Shown here one piece after another: positions 38,494 through 50,831 of a DNA stretch of 64,000 nucleotides. Numbering within the stretch: position 1 is the stretch's first letter; each line of letters opens with the position of its first letter. The notes below the pieces were generated by a model, which made no database searches, was not told the DNA's origin, and was given only the letters and a program-made list of their open reading frames with translations. A program made the position numbers and the translations under genes. Source of the stretch: Pristiophorus japonicus (lineage: Eukaryota); contig NC_091992.1 of the NCBI RefSeq assembly GCF_044704955.1, positions 111,910,001 through 111,974,000 on the forward strand, given 5' to 3'.

Positions 38494-39249
38494 AGGGGGA
38501 AGAGACCGATTTCTGTCATCCTACACCCGAAAAGTTCTATGCTAGCCTCCACAAGCTGTGTTGTTACTGGGGGTGGGGGAATGGAGAAAACAAGAAATCC
38601 TCTTGTGGGTGATGAGGGAAACGTGGAGAAATCCTGTTTATAGGGTGGGGGGATATGGAAAATCCAGTGTTGGAGGCAAAGAAGCAGACACTTATTTGGA
38701 GCGATAAGGGGAAAATGATGGAGACGGAGACTGGCCCTATGGGAGAAGGTCATTTTATTTTAAAACCTTCCATGCTGCCATGTCTGTTTTGTGTGCGGAT
38801 GGGTGCTGAATCATAGCTGGATGTGGGGTCTGCAGGAATTGGGCAGAGGGCCTCCAGTTGGTCTGCCTGAGTCTGAGGGCACCGCCAATAGTGCAACACA
38901 GCCAGGAATTGAAGCTACGACAAGTGCAGGGCTTAGGATAGAAGTTCTTCCAGTACTTGCAGTTTAGAATCTCTGTCTTGAAGAACTCCAATACTAACCA
39001 GGTGCAAGAGTGTTAAAAGATGTGTGTATTTGGGGGTCTATAAGGCTTCAGATGTCGTACGTTGGATACTATCTTGCTGCATGCCCTAGCCTTTTTTTTT
39101 TAAGTATAAATCCGTAAAGGAATTCCTTTGACTAAATTAGTAAGGATTATGTGTGAGGCATACAGAACGTGGGAGACAAATGAGAAATTTCCCTTACAGA
39201 TTTTTTTTTTTACTAAGCTTTGCAAATTTATTTAGCCAATGCATAGTGT

Positions 39250-39590
39250 CTGGTAGCATAGTGGTGTTCCTGGACTAGTAATTCAGAGGCCTGGACTAAT
39301 GATCTGGGGACTGAGTTCAAATCCCACCACGGCAGCTGAGGAATTTAATTTTTTTTTAAATATCTGGAATAGAAAGCTAGTAATGACCATGAAACTACCG
39401 GATTGTCCTAAAAGTCCATCTGGTTCACTAAATGTCCTATAGGGAAGGAAATCTTCTGCCCTTACTTGGCCTATATATGACGCTAGACCCACAGCAATGT
39501 GGTTGACTCTTAACTGCCACTTTCTCAAGGGCAACTAGGGATGGGAAATAAATGCTGGCCTTGCCCACATCCCATGAACTAATAAAAAAA
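39250..39590 (+). mobile_element. tRNA-derived SINE, second family
   Basis: tggtagcatagtgg A-box, gagttcaaatccc B-box and an A-rich end. Homologous to 7435-7840. Confidence 0.72.
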
Positions 39591-40871
39591 AAGTTATCTC
39601 CTCGGATATAACTGGCTGCAAAGTTTCCTGTCCAATTAAGTTGAACTTTTTAAAGCCGCTTAATGTTTGGTATTGTTGAGCGACCAGAGAATCAATGCAA
39701 TCACTAATTTTAACATGGAATATTGATCCAAATACGCATTTATTTTAGAATTCATTTTGATAAATATACAATTTTACCTCTGGGATAGTGCACCAGTAAC
39801 CAAATGTAAAATTGGTCTATTAAGAGATAAGACCATTGCATCTGCTCTGAATTTACAGGCAGGGATAGCTAAGAAATGAATTATTAAATAATTGCTTCCT
39901 ACTGATCTTGCATTGAGTTTTTCAGTACACGTGCTTTGAAATGGATTTGCCCATCAATATTGGGAAATGATTAGTTGGTGTAGGTACGCGCAGACATATG
40001 CTGGCCATATTACACAGAGTACTTTGAACACAAGATAAATAACCCAAAAGATTTGTGGTAAATACACAAGCGAGACTTGCAGGTTGAATACGCATGTTTA
40101 GTCACACTTTTTATTCTGGTTTATAATGAGCTACGTTCAAGTAATCGAGATCAGAATTGATGGCAAACTTTCATCAGTGGTCATTGGCTGCACCGCTTCC
40201 AAATTTAAAAAAATTAATTCACGGGATGTGGGCATTGCTACCAAGGCCAATATTTATAGGACAATAAGGTGGTGGTGAACCACTGTCTTGGTATAACTGA
40301 GTAGCTTCCTCGGCCATTTCAGAGGGTAATTAAGAGTCAATCACCATCAGTGTTTAATGCTAGTTGGTTGATGGTGGGGTTACTGATTCATCTCATAGCT
40401 TTTCAGTTTTTAAAGCGAATCACTTCCTGATACAGCTGTAATCCTACCCATAGAGTGGGGAGGTCATTGAGGACTCTGGACACATTCAAATCGCTTTTGG
40501 AGAAGGATTTGTCTTCTGCCCTCTTCCATCCATCCCAGATTAGCAATCTGAGTTTGGCGAAATGTTGAAATTACATGTGATTGTTTTGAAGTGGAAAAAA
40601 TAAAAATGCCTTAACTAAATTTTTTTGATTAAGCTGTGCTCATACATAATGTAGTTTGGAAAATATGGTACATTTGAGTTCCTCTTAATTTATTACATTG
40701 GAATGAGTAAAACATGATTGATTCAGTTTAAATAAACACTGTTCCATAGACCTACACATAAGGGGTGGGGGAATCCAACAGGTAAACAAATATCCTTTCC
40801 TGAATTAAATGGAACTTTATTGCATAACTCAAACTTGTGTGTTTCGTTTCTCTCCCCCTCCATTTCTTCAA

Positions 40872-40934
40872 TGTAGAGAGAAGGGCCACTGTACCAACAA
40901 GTGTCCGACAATAAACAAACAACATGTGGACTAG
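40872..40934 (+). pseudogene. CPSF4L: Vestigial CPSF4-type zinc-knuckle terminal exon; possibly the current CPSF4L last exon via a shifted acceptor at 40877
   Basis: Reads CREKGHCTNKCPTINKQHVD*, compared with CPSF4 CGEKGHYANRC. Preceded by a long pyrimidine tract ending caa instead of cag. AATAAA at 40910 and about 41063. Confidence 0.65.
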
Positions 40935-43248
40935 GGCAACTGTGTAAATGGGACTGAAATCCAGGACTCTGGACCTAATGAGCAGAAGGACTTTTCTTTT
41001 TTTTTGAACTTTTGTAATATTGAATAATCTATCCAGATTGTATTCTTCTTGTCCTTAAGCAAAATAAATAAAAGACAGATTAAAACTGTTCTATTGGAAA
41101 CTAGATAATTGCATTGGATCATGGTTCCTAGTTTTCTTTCCTTCCCTCGAAGGTTATGCACTTGTTGCTGGGGTAGTTTCATGATTGGATCCTCATCCAA
41201 GTGGCCATTATCCATGTGTGAACCCTTACAATGTTGCCAGACTATTCAACAGGCAGGGGCATCCAAATTGATCCTCATCTGATACCTACACAGATGCACT
41301 TAGGTGGTGATCAGGGGCAACCTCCCTGGCCAATTATTCACTCCCCTAACCTGGCAATAATTAGGCCAATTCTAGTGCCCCTCTGACCTTCCCCCAGATC
41401 AGTAGGTTAAAACTTCATTGTATTGCTCCATATGGCTTTGATGCACACTGGATAAATTTTCAGGGCCATTTAAGGAGCTATGATTTGTATTTTTGAATCC
41501 CATATGTCTTGCAGAATCTACATAACCCCATAAATACTACATTGAGAGCAAAATCACTTGAGAAAAATGTAATTTGAAAAGATTGTATGATCCTTCTGCA
41601 TAGGTTTACAATGTATGCTTGAAATAATGTTGTGTGTTTCAGAACTGCAACAGAGGAGTATAATATTTCAATACAGTGCTGCCCCAAAATGATTTGTGGG
41701 TTCAACTTTATTTGTTAAACCAATACCTTACTTCAGGACATTTTCCTAGATGTTGTTTTACTTACTTTCAATGGCAACTGTTCCATCTCTCCAAAAAGAC
41801 AGATTTTTAGAACAGCAGGTGCGAGAAACGTTTCAATGGGTACAGTCTAAATGACCTGACACAATAGGCTAAGTGACTGGAACAGACTTTCTCAAATTAC
41901 TGATCTAACTGACTGCCCATCATGTGAGGTGGTCTCATTTCTCCTTCTGGACACTGATTCCAACACCTGTATGGTAGTACTAGGTTTCAGTGAAATGTGA
42001 TTTTACTGCTCCACAGGGAATAGCTCCCATTTAATAATGCTTGAGCAGAAGTCATTGCTATAGTTATATCCTAGCTTGCAGCCAATGTGGCTGTGTATTG
42101 GAAGATCATACAGGCAGATAACTGTTTCTTTAAGCTGGTAGTATTGAAAGATTATCCTAACTTAACAGCTGTTTTAATTAAATACATGGCTTTAACACCA
42201 GCTGCATTTGAAGACTTCTCTGTACTAGTGGATAAATATTTGATGCTGGCTGGTGTCAAATAGCAGCAGTTAACATGGTCAACAGTCAATGAAAGTTAGT
42301 TGGCACAATTACATACATGCCATCAGGAAAGGTCATTCCAACCTGTGACCTGGCCAAATGTCACTTCCAACACACTACTTCTTGTGCTCAATCCAACTGG
42401 CACTAAACTTGTCTTATGTGGCACTATTAGTTACATTCCTCATAACTGCTGAGAAAATTACACTAGAATAGATCCAAGGAGTTTATGGGCCTCAGACAAT
42501 GGTGTATCTAGTTTGTATTGGTTGTTCCCATTGTAAAATGGTCCTCATTCACAGTTACACCAGTTCTGTTCTTGAACAATGGAACTCCAGTGTATGGGGT
42601 CTAGTACAAGAAACCTAGATATAATTCACATTTAAACATTAGATACTCTGAGCACAAGAGGTGACCATTTACCCATCATAGTATTGTGGTAAAGGAATGC
42701 TAGACCTGGGAGTAACTAACACATGACCCACAGGTGCTTATTTCAAACCTGTAGAACTCCTGCTGGTTCCTATCCTGTGTGCAGTCGATTTAGACTTCCC
42801 AAGTTTGGAGGAGTGAAAAAGGCTACTCCCTGCTTACCAGGGCTCCAATTCATTATTGCATAAACTTGTGTCTGAACAAGTATTTTTTGTGGATTATTAG
42901 TAAAATGACATCCACCCACCATGAGAAAAATTCAGACCTTGGAGTCAGTTGCACTTCCAGCTATAATGTACATGTCTCCTACAATAGCACAGTGCATCAT
43001 AGGATTAGTGCATTGTTGGGAAATAAAGCTGAGAGAACTACTGCAATATAGATTCAAGAACTGCTCCATTTAAACTGCATCAATAGCCAAACTTAAAAAG
43101 TAATCCCTGATTAGTGATTTCACCTCTGATATGAACTGGGGTCTATAGTGCCTGTGGGGTTAAGTTCACCATTAATTGCAACCAATTTTTTTTTTACTTT
43201 CTCAATCAGTGATTCAGATTCTCCTCTGGCCACATGGTACCTTTGGAT

Positions 43249-44415
43249 ATAGAAACATAGAAACATAGAAAATAGGTGCAGGAGTAGGCCATTCGGCCCT
43301 TCTAGCCTGCACCGCCATTCAATGAGTTCATGGCTGAACATTCAACTTCAGTACCCCATTCCTGCTTTCTCGCCATACCCCTTGATCCCCCTAGCAGTAA
43401 GGACCTCATCTAACTCCTTTTTGAATATATTTAGTGAATTGGCCTCAACAACTTTCTGTGGTAGAGAATTCCACAGGTTCACCACTCTCTGGGTGAAGAA
43501 GTTCCTCCGCATCTCGGTCCTAAATGGCTTACCCCTTATCCTTAGACTGTGACCCCTGGTTCTGGACTTCCCCAACATTGGGAACATTCTTCCTGCATCC
43601 AACCTGTCTAACCCCGTCAGAATTTTATATGTTTCTATGAGGTCCCCTCTCATTCTTCTGAACTCCAGTGAATACAAGCCCAGTTGATCCAGTCTTTCTT
43701 GATAGGTCAGTCCCGCCATCCCGGGAATCAGTCTGGTGAACCTTCGCTGCACTCCCTCAATAGCAAGAATGTCCTTCCTCAGGTTAGGAGACCAAAACTG
43801 TACACAATACTCCAGGTGTGGCCTCACCAATGCCCTGTACAACTGTAGCAACACCTCCCTGCCCCTGTACTCAAATCCCCTTGCTATGAAGGCCAACATG
43901 CCATTTGCTTTCTTAACCGCCTGCTGCACCTGCATGCCAACCTTCAATGACTGATGTACCATGACACCCAGGTCTCTTTGCACCTCCCCTTTTCCTAATC
44001 TGTCACCATTCAGATAATAGTCTGTCTCTCTGTTTTTACCACCAAAGTGGATAACCTCACATTTATCCACATTATACTTCATCTGCCATGCATTTGCCCA
44101 CTCACCTAACCTATCCAAGTCGCTCTGCAGCCTCACAGCATCCTCCTCGCAGCTCACACTGCCACCCAACTTAGTGTCATCCGCAAATTTGGAGATACTA
44201 CATTTAATCCCCTCATCTAAATCATTAATGTACAGTGTAAACAGCTGGGGCCCCAGCACAGAACCTTGCGGTACCCCACTAGTCACTGCCTGCCATTCTG
44301 AAAAGTACCCATTTACTCCTACTCTTTGCTTCCTGTCTGACAACCAGTTCTCAATCCATGTCAGTACACTACCCCCAATCCCATGTGCTCTAACTTTGCA
44401 CATCAATCTCTTGTG
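43249..44415 (-). mobile_element. Young 5'-truncated CR1 LINE
   Basis: Uninterrupted 352-aa RT C-terminal ORF (43348..44406) and a (TTCTATGT)n tail. Confidence 0.95.
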
Positions 44416-45384
44416 TCTGTTTACATTTTAAGCCAGTCTTTTGCTATGTCTCATTCCATTATGCTATGGAGGTAAAAGCATCAGGTAGCAGAGTTTTTAA
44501 ACACTTCAAATTCCAATTGTACAAGTCCATAGTTCCACCAGCAATGTGCTGGCATTGCCACAAAACTAATATGCTCTACTGGCTGAAGATAAAAGGTGAA
44601 CAGTAAGGCATCTCCAGCATTATGTATACATAGTAGCAAAATTCCCAATATTAGACATAGCCCAGAACCTAAAAAATTTTTAAAATTACATTTCCAAGTA
44701 TATTTCTACAAGTAAATAATAAAAACTTCATTCTAGCTTAATACTGTCGAGCCCCTAGTACAAATTTGATGAAAGCGCAAGACAATTTTCCCCAACATGT
44801 TTCAAAATTAAATCAATTCCATAGTGCATTAGAGCTATTTCTTTTTAACAGAACTCTCTGCTGGTCAAGTTTTCTTCCATATGAAGTAAATGATATTGCC
44901 TACATAATGCTGAATTTTTCTAGACAAAAAAACCCTTGAACAAGATTGTGATGGGTGGTAGAATCCCAAAAAGCTTAGAAATGAATTGATTGTGCTTGTT
45001 CATTTATTTAATTAACATTTACAGGCCAGATTGTTTTACTAGTTTTGAATGTCACATTTATTTTTATGAAAGATTTAATAATTTATTTTTAATTCTGTTC
45101 TTGCCTGCATTAGTCAGGTAAGTGCATTTTCAAATCACTTTACATAAATATAATCCATCTCCAAAAATTGACATTTACAAATAAGATCTTCATTACAGCT
45201 TGTAAATTTACTCAAGAAATTGTTTTCATAATGAAGCAACTTTGGTACACATATTTTCCTGGTCCTCCCCTACACAACAAAGGGACAATAATTAAATGTT
45301 TGATGTTTTCTTGTTGAGGTAATGCTTCCATTGTTCTTGACTTATGAGTGGAGTGAATCAGAAAAACATGATAGTCTTGGGGTT

Positions 45385-45413
45385 TCAGTGGTATTTTTTC
45401 CATCAATTGTGTT
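45385..45413 (-). CDS. C17orf80: C17orf80/MTNAP1 last coding exon, with an in-frame TGA at 45403-45405
   Basis: ctttgttttcag|AA CAC AAT TGA TGG AAA AAA TAC CAC TGA = (K)HN*WKKYH*. Matches the subunit-f-type terminus (KHERLRKYH*). AATAAA signals follow on the - strand at about 45003-45090. Confidence 0.8.
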
Positions 45414-45677
45414 CTGAAAACAAAGGTTTTAATACTTGTTAAAAAATTAACGGCTTTTAACATGAACCTTCCTTACTAGGTCTACTAGATAATGCACAGG
45501 AATTGCCACTTGATTTTTGTCAGGGGGTGGGAAGACTTGCAAATTGGATGTTAATTTACATTAATAAAAGTAGTTCTGGAAAATAATTAGCATTAGAAAA
45601 TTAAATCTAATTCCAATATGATATTTTAAAATATTTTTTTCTGCATTCCCACTGTCAGAAGGTACAGCTGTACTCAC

Positions 45678-45794
45678 TGATGTAATCATAATTCCAGATG
45701 TAGCGGAGGGTTGCATATCCCATAAGCAGCGTGATCAGACCTCCGACTCCTCCTTTCCTTGCGTTAATGTATTTATTGTAATACCTACTACAAC
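45678..45794 (-). CDS. C17orf80: C17orf80/MTNAP1 penultimate exon (ATP synthase subunit f-like TM region)
   Basis: ttctctgcag acceptor, (G)CSRYYNKYINARKGGVGGLITLLMGYATLRYIWNYDYI, gtgagt donor. 117 nt, phase 1/1. Confidence 0.92.
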
Positions 45795-45954
45795 CTGCAG
45801 AGAACAAGTTTCAAAATAATTATCTCTCCAGTTTTACTTACAAAATTGTTTGTCATTTTTTGCTCTCTCATTTCTTGCCTCTTCCCCTGTCCCCAAAAAG
45901 AAATTCCCAACTACGAAGGCAGATTGTTTCTAGCTATGGCATTCCAATCATCAG

Positions 45955-47105
45955 CCTGGACTCAGTTGGTAGCATTTTCGCTACTCTCGCCTCTGGTGTC
46001 AGAAGGTTGTGGGTTCAAGTCCCACTCCAGAGACGGAGGGAGTGCTGCACTTTTGGAAATGTCGTCTTTCGGATGAGACAGTAAACAGATTCCCAGTCTG
46101 CTCTCTCGTAAAAGATCCCATGACACTATTCAAGGGGTTGGGCCTGCTCAACATTTATTCCTCAGTCAACATCATTAAACCAATTGGGCCCAAGTTTCCG
46201 ATATCTGCTAGAACGGCATACATCCGAGAGGCCCGCCTATTTTGTGGAATGAAAAGCGCACCAAAAATTTACCTCGCGATTCTCCGAGTGCAGCAGGCCT
46301 GTTCAGCAGTCAGTGCGACGCAGCACGGGGAGGGAGCTATAGCCCCGGTCCAAAAAGAGTGCCGGCAGGTGCGCGCGTGCGCTGTAGTTCCTGGCCCCCA
46401 GATTCTGTGTACGTGTGCTGCTGGCTGTGTGGGAGGGGCCCGAAACATGCAGTCCCTAGCTCTGGCCGAATGGGCTCCTGGAGCAGGCAGAGTGCCGATT
46501 TCCAGCACACAGCTCCTAGCCCGGGCTGGCCTCCCGAACGGGTAAGGTGAGATAGGAACTTTTTATTTATTTATTATTGATGATGGTTCTTTATTTTTAG
46601 AAGTGAAGTGTTTAATGCTTTGGAAAATCCCCCAATTTCCTTCCTCCCCCCCCCCTTATCACTGGCTTACCCGCACCTAATTCTAAAGTGTACACAAGGT
46701 TTTTTCTGAGCATATAAAAGTTGACACTTACTCCATTCTGTTAGTTTGGAGTAACTTTTCGGTGCCTAAACTTGCAAAACAGGCGTAAGTGGCTGGTAAT
46801 GCCCCCTTTTGAAAAAAAAACTGAACTAAAACGAAACTAAACTAACTCACTAGAACTGAAGCAAACTAAATGCCGAGAATTGCCATTTCTAAGATACTCC
46901 AAACTAAATTAGTTGCTCCAAAAAAAAGGAGCAATTCCACCTGAAACTTGGGCCCAATCTCATTGCCGTTTGTCGGAGCTTTGTGCTCAAATTGGCTGCC
47001 AGGTTTCCTACATTACAAAACCGACTATACTTCATTGAATCATTGGCTGGAAAGCGCTTTGGAATGTCCCAAGGTCATGAAAGACGCTATATAAATGCAA
47101 GTTTA
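45955..47105 (+). mobile_element. SacSINE1/DeuSINE-like SINE split by a TIR element
   Basis: SINE head at 45955-46180 and tail at 46960-47105, homologous to 1295-1740. Confidence 0.7.
46186..46955. mobile_element. Non-autonomous DNA transposon related to 3266-4915
   Basis: TIR gggcccaagtttc / gaaacttgggccc. Shares the right-end subterminal region with 3266-4915. Confidence 0.78.
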
Positions 47106-47460
47106 TTCATTCATCAGCATGTCATAACAGGAAGAATGAGATCTGTTTTCCTAGGGCTGTATGGATTCCAAAAAGATTTTCTGAAGTTAGGGTTGATAAA
47201 ATCAAGGCTGAGACCTTGCATCCCATCAAAACTGCTTGAAGAAATGGGCAAAGGGTGGACATAATTTTCCATTACAGGCTCAAACATAGAGCACCATTAA
47301 CAAAGGCAATGCATCAAATTTTGAAATTCATGGAAAAATGATTTGCAATAATTAATCGGTGAAATTTACAGTTGCAAATGGGTGTCAATTTTTGTTGCTC
47401 TTACAAAGTATTCATTTTAAACCCAGTGTTCAAATATTGGAACTACTTTTCTAAAGCTGA

Positions 47461-47938
47461 GTGACTGCTGCCAACGAACCGGAAGCTGTGCATAACTGTC
47501 AGCTCCCAAATTTAAAAATTAACATTCACCACAATAGACGGAGGATCTGAGAAGTGCTGAAGTACATCACGAATAAAGTCTCATTAATGTTAGAGATTCC
47601 AAATCTACCGTCCCTACGTTTGTTAGAGAAATCTCCGAATGCTTCTAGTCTCAGAACAGTAATTCTCAAAATATTAACAAACCTAACTACCCGTAGGCAA
47701 AATAGACAGTGCTGGGGCCAAACTACCGACTCTGACCAACCACAATTTAGTGCACAAACAAGTGGCTCATACCGGAAGTAATTCTACAATTCACACAATT
47801 AATAAATTAAACTACAACCAAATAAGATCTTTTTTTTAAAATCCGCTTTATTCCTCATTTTAGGAAGTGCGGAGACAAACAAAACAAATACTGGAACTGT
47901 GCATGCGCAACTAGTTCCAGTTCGTTGGCAGCAGTCAC
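47461..47938. mobile_element. Unclassified MITE-like element (478 bp)
   Basis: 24-bp inverted repeat with one mismatch: gtgactgctgccaacgaaccggaa / ttccagttcgttggcagcagtcac. Confidence 0.7.
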
Positions 47939-48566
47939 ATCCTTTCTAACAATGCAATGCATGTATCAAACATAATACCCATAATTCTTAGACAGTGTAA
48001 TGGCAACTCGGGAGTTCACAATAACATTACATGAAACAGCTTTTACATTTTTACAAATCAAATAAAATGTGTAAGTGTTTACCCAATACCTATACAAAAA
48101 TTGATCCAATACAGTTGTACATTTCCAGGCTACCTGATTAACCCTAAGAGAGTTTGGAAAGTAGACATCTGTGGATTGTAGGAAGCAGCCGGAAGTATTT
48201 CCTTGAAGGAAAAGGTATAGCATTGCTTGCAGTTATAGCGGAACAGAATAAACCAATCCAACATGGTCCAATTACTTACACAGTAAGCACTTGTTACATT
48301 GCTAAGATGAGCCGCTGTCAGGTTATAGAGATTACATCTTTCCATAGTAAGGAAATGCAGTATAAAAAGAGATACATTACAAGATACTGTGGCAAAGTAT
48401 CATAAAATTCAATAATTTTGTATTTTAAATATTTTAGAATTGCATTTTTCCCCAAAGCAAATATGGATTGAAATGTGTGTTTAAAGGCATGTTACAGCAG
48501 GCCAATCAGCAAATGCACAAATATGGCAGAACTGACATAACATTCTAAGTATACAGCTGATTGTAC

Positions 48567-50073
48567 CTTTTGTATTTTCACTCCGAGGGGCAGATAGCCT
48601 TTTGGGTATTTGCAACTGTGCAGTTTGCTCAGGAAGCATACACAACCCAATGCTGTGGTATCCTGGATACAATTCAGGAAACCACTCCATTCCCACCCCA
48701 GCTTTCCTGCAAACACTGGGATGAAGTTCTTTAATCCTTTCATTCAAATATTGTGTTTTTGTGGAGCTTGTTGATAAAAACATCTCTTTGTTCCAACACT
48801 TTTCTTTTTGTGACAAATGCAAATATTCAGACTGTGTGACACCATTTATGTTTAAGTCACTTGGTTCTATTTTCTTCACAGCCAGATAACCAGTATGTGG
48901 ATTTCCTTCATATTTATTTAAGTCCTTCACTCGCATAGAAGCCGTAATTATGCTGCAAAAATGATTGCTAGTAGATGAATCACAGACAGAAGTGCTATGA
49001 CTAGTCTCTAAAATGTCAGCTATATCACCATCTTCCTTCACACTTGTGTTCACTTTCAAAATAAACTCCTGCCTTGCACTGGAAGTTGTTGTTCTACACA
49101 AATTCTCTTTAATGTGATGCCACACACTAGTTTTGATGTTGTTTATTGAACTCTGTTCATATATTAGTTTATTTGAGACTCTTCCTTCTGTGACTTCATT
49201 CTGGTTACTTTGACATCTTAGGTCAACCTTAGGAACCACATTCTCTAGTCTTATGGAGTGAAGTGAATTTGATCTATCGGCACCAGATGACTGAGATGCG
49301 ATGACATGGGACTGCAGATCCAAAACAGCTGTCTCCTTCTCAAATTCTGGTCTAGTCTGAATATGTTCTAAGTTAAGAATTGACTTCACTTTAGGAAAAT
49401 ATCTATTTTTTGATAACAGGTCAGTACTTCCTTTTTCATTCAGTGGGGGTCTCAGTGAACTGTCTTCAATATTTTCTTGTTTTTTCTTTATAGAGTTATT
49501 ACTTACAATCTTTTGAGTGCTCTTCACTTTTGTTCTGGTAGTGCCTTTGAACTTTACATCTACTTTGCCTTGGTCTTGTTTTAAAGAATGTTCACTTGGC
49601 TTTGATTTTATGAACATTTCTTTTGTTGCCTCTTTAAGTCGTCCTTTAGTTGTTCTACTAACAGACTGTTGACATTTTTCTCCAATTGGCTTTCTGTTGT
49701 TCATCGAAGTTCCTTGATTTGACTGTGGTTCATTAATACACCTACTCCAAATAGTTTGTTCTGAAGTACACGATTCATTCACCATACCTATTAAATTCTT
49801 CTTTTTTTCTGTTGCTGCTGCTTTTTCTTTCTGTGTTAATGTCTTTGCTGAGTTTGTTTTAACTTTTATCTTCTTGTTGGGAGATGATGCAGTTCTCACT
49901 AATTTGCCATTCAATTCTAGCTGTGGAATTGCAATTGGTACCTCTGTCTTTTTGGAATTAGATTTACTGTTCACATTTCTGTTCATCTTACAGTGAGGAA
50001 GATGAGCTTTTAGCCGCTTAAAAGCTTTACCACAAAATGGACATACTTGCATTCCCGGTGAAGCATTCTCCAT
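48567..50073 (-). CDS. C17orf80: C17orf80/MTNAP1 (mitochondrial nucleoid-associated protein 1) large coding exon
   Basis: N-terminal MQVCPFCGKAFKRLKAHLPHCK and C-proximal GMEWFPELYPGY are family motifs. Donor AAAG|gtacaa at 48567. Probable acceptor cactttcag| at 50108. Confidence 0.92.
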
Positions 50074-50831
50074 TTTTATATTGGAGAGAAAAACAGAATA
50101 GTATTAAACTGAAAGTGTGAAGTACACAAAATAGTCTTGATTAGTTGAAACTGTTAGCATTTTTGGCATCTGTAACAATACCATGTTCAAAGACAAGAGT
50201 ATTCCGCAAATCAGTGGCAGAGGTCATAATATTGTAATATTATTGCTGTAACAGTAAGAGATTGTCCTTTTCCTTGGAGTTTTCATTAATATATTGTAAG
50301 TTTCACAAAATGACCTGTTCATCTAATTTCTTCATCACAATATGATTGTTTTATGATCAGCTCCTCTCCTGAAGATTAAATGTTTTCCATTAAAACAAGA
50401 AGGTATATCAAGTTTAAGACAACGACTTAATTGATAACTAGGTTATAGTTCAAAGCAATAACATCATTCTTATTCAGACTGTTTCACTTTACATACCATG
50501 ACTAAGACCTCATGTGGAAACAGAAAAATCAGAACAGCACCAGTTTTTGGAATAGTTTTTCAAACACGAATCATGTCTATTAAATTACCCCTTTAAGTAG
50601 TTCCACTCAGTTATTTTTCTCATTATTTGCAGACACAATATTGGCTGGTCCAGATCATATATTCAAATTTGCCATAAGGCTGTGTTTGTTTATTTTGCAC
50701 ATGACTATTTTAGAAGCCATTTTTCTTGGAATATTATTCCATTTCAGTCTTCAAATGCTGCACAGGGTGGAGAAAATCTTTACCCAAGACAGGATTTATA
50801 AAAATGAAAATTGAAAGCAATATCTTCATTA

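Noticed and set aside
48280-48386. Possible middle exon of C17orf80 (cag|TATCTTG...TGT|gtaagt, 107 nt), and a 68-nt candidate near 48134-48201
   Set aside because: Phases do not connect the phase-1 flanking exons, and there is no clear subunit-f similarity.
48481-48566. C-terminal tail of the 530-aa ORF (TISCILRML...)
   Set aside because: It is read-through into the intron past the donor at 48567; homology continues in the exon at 45794.
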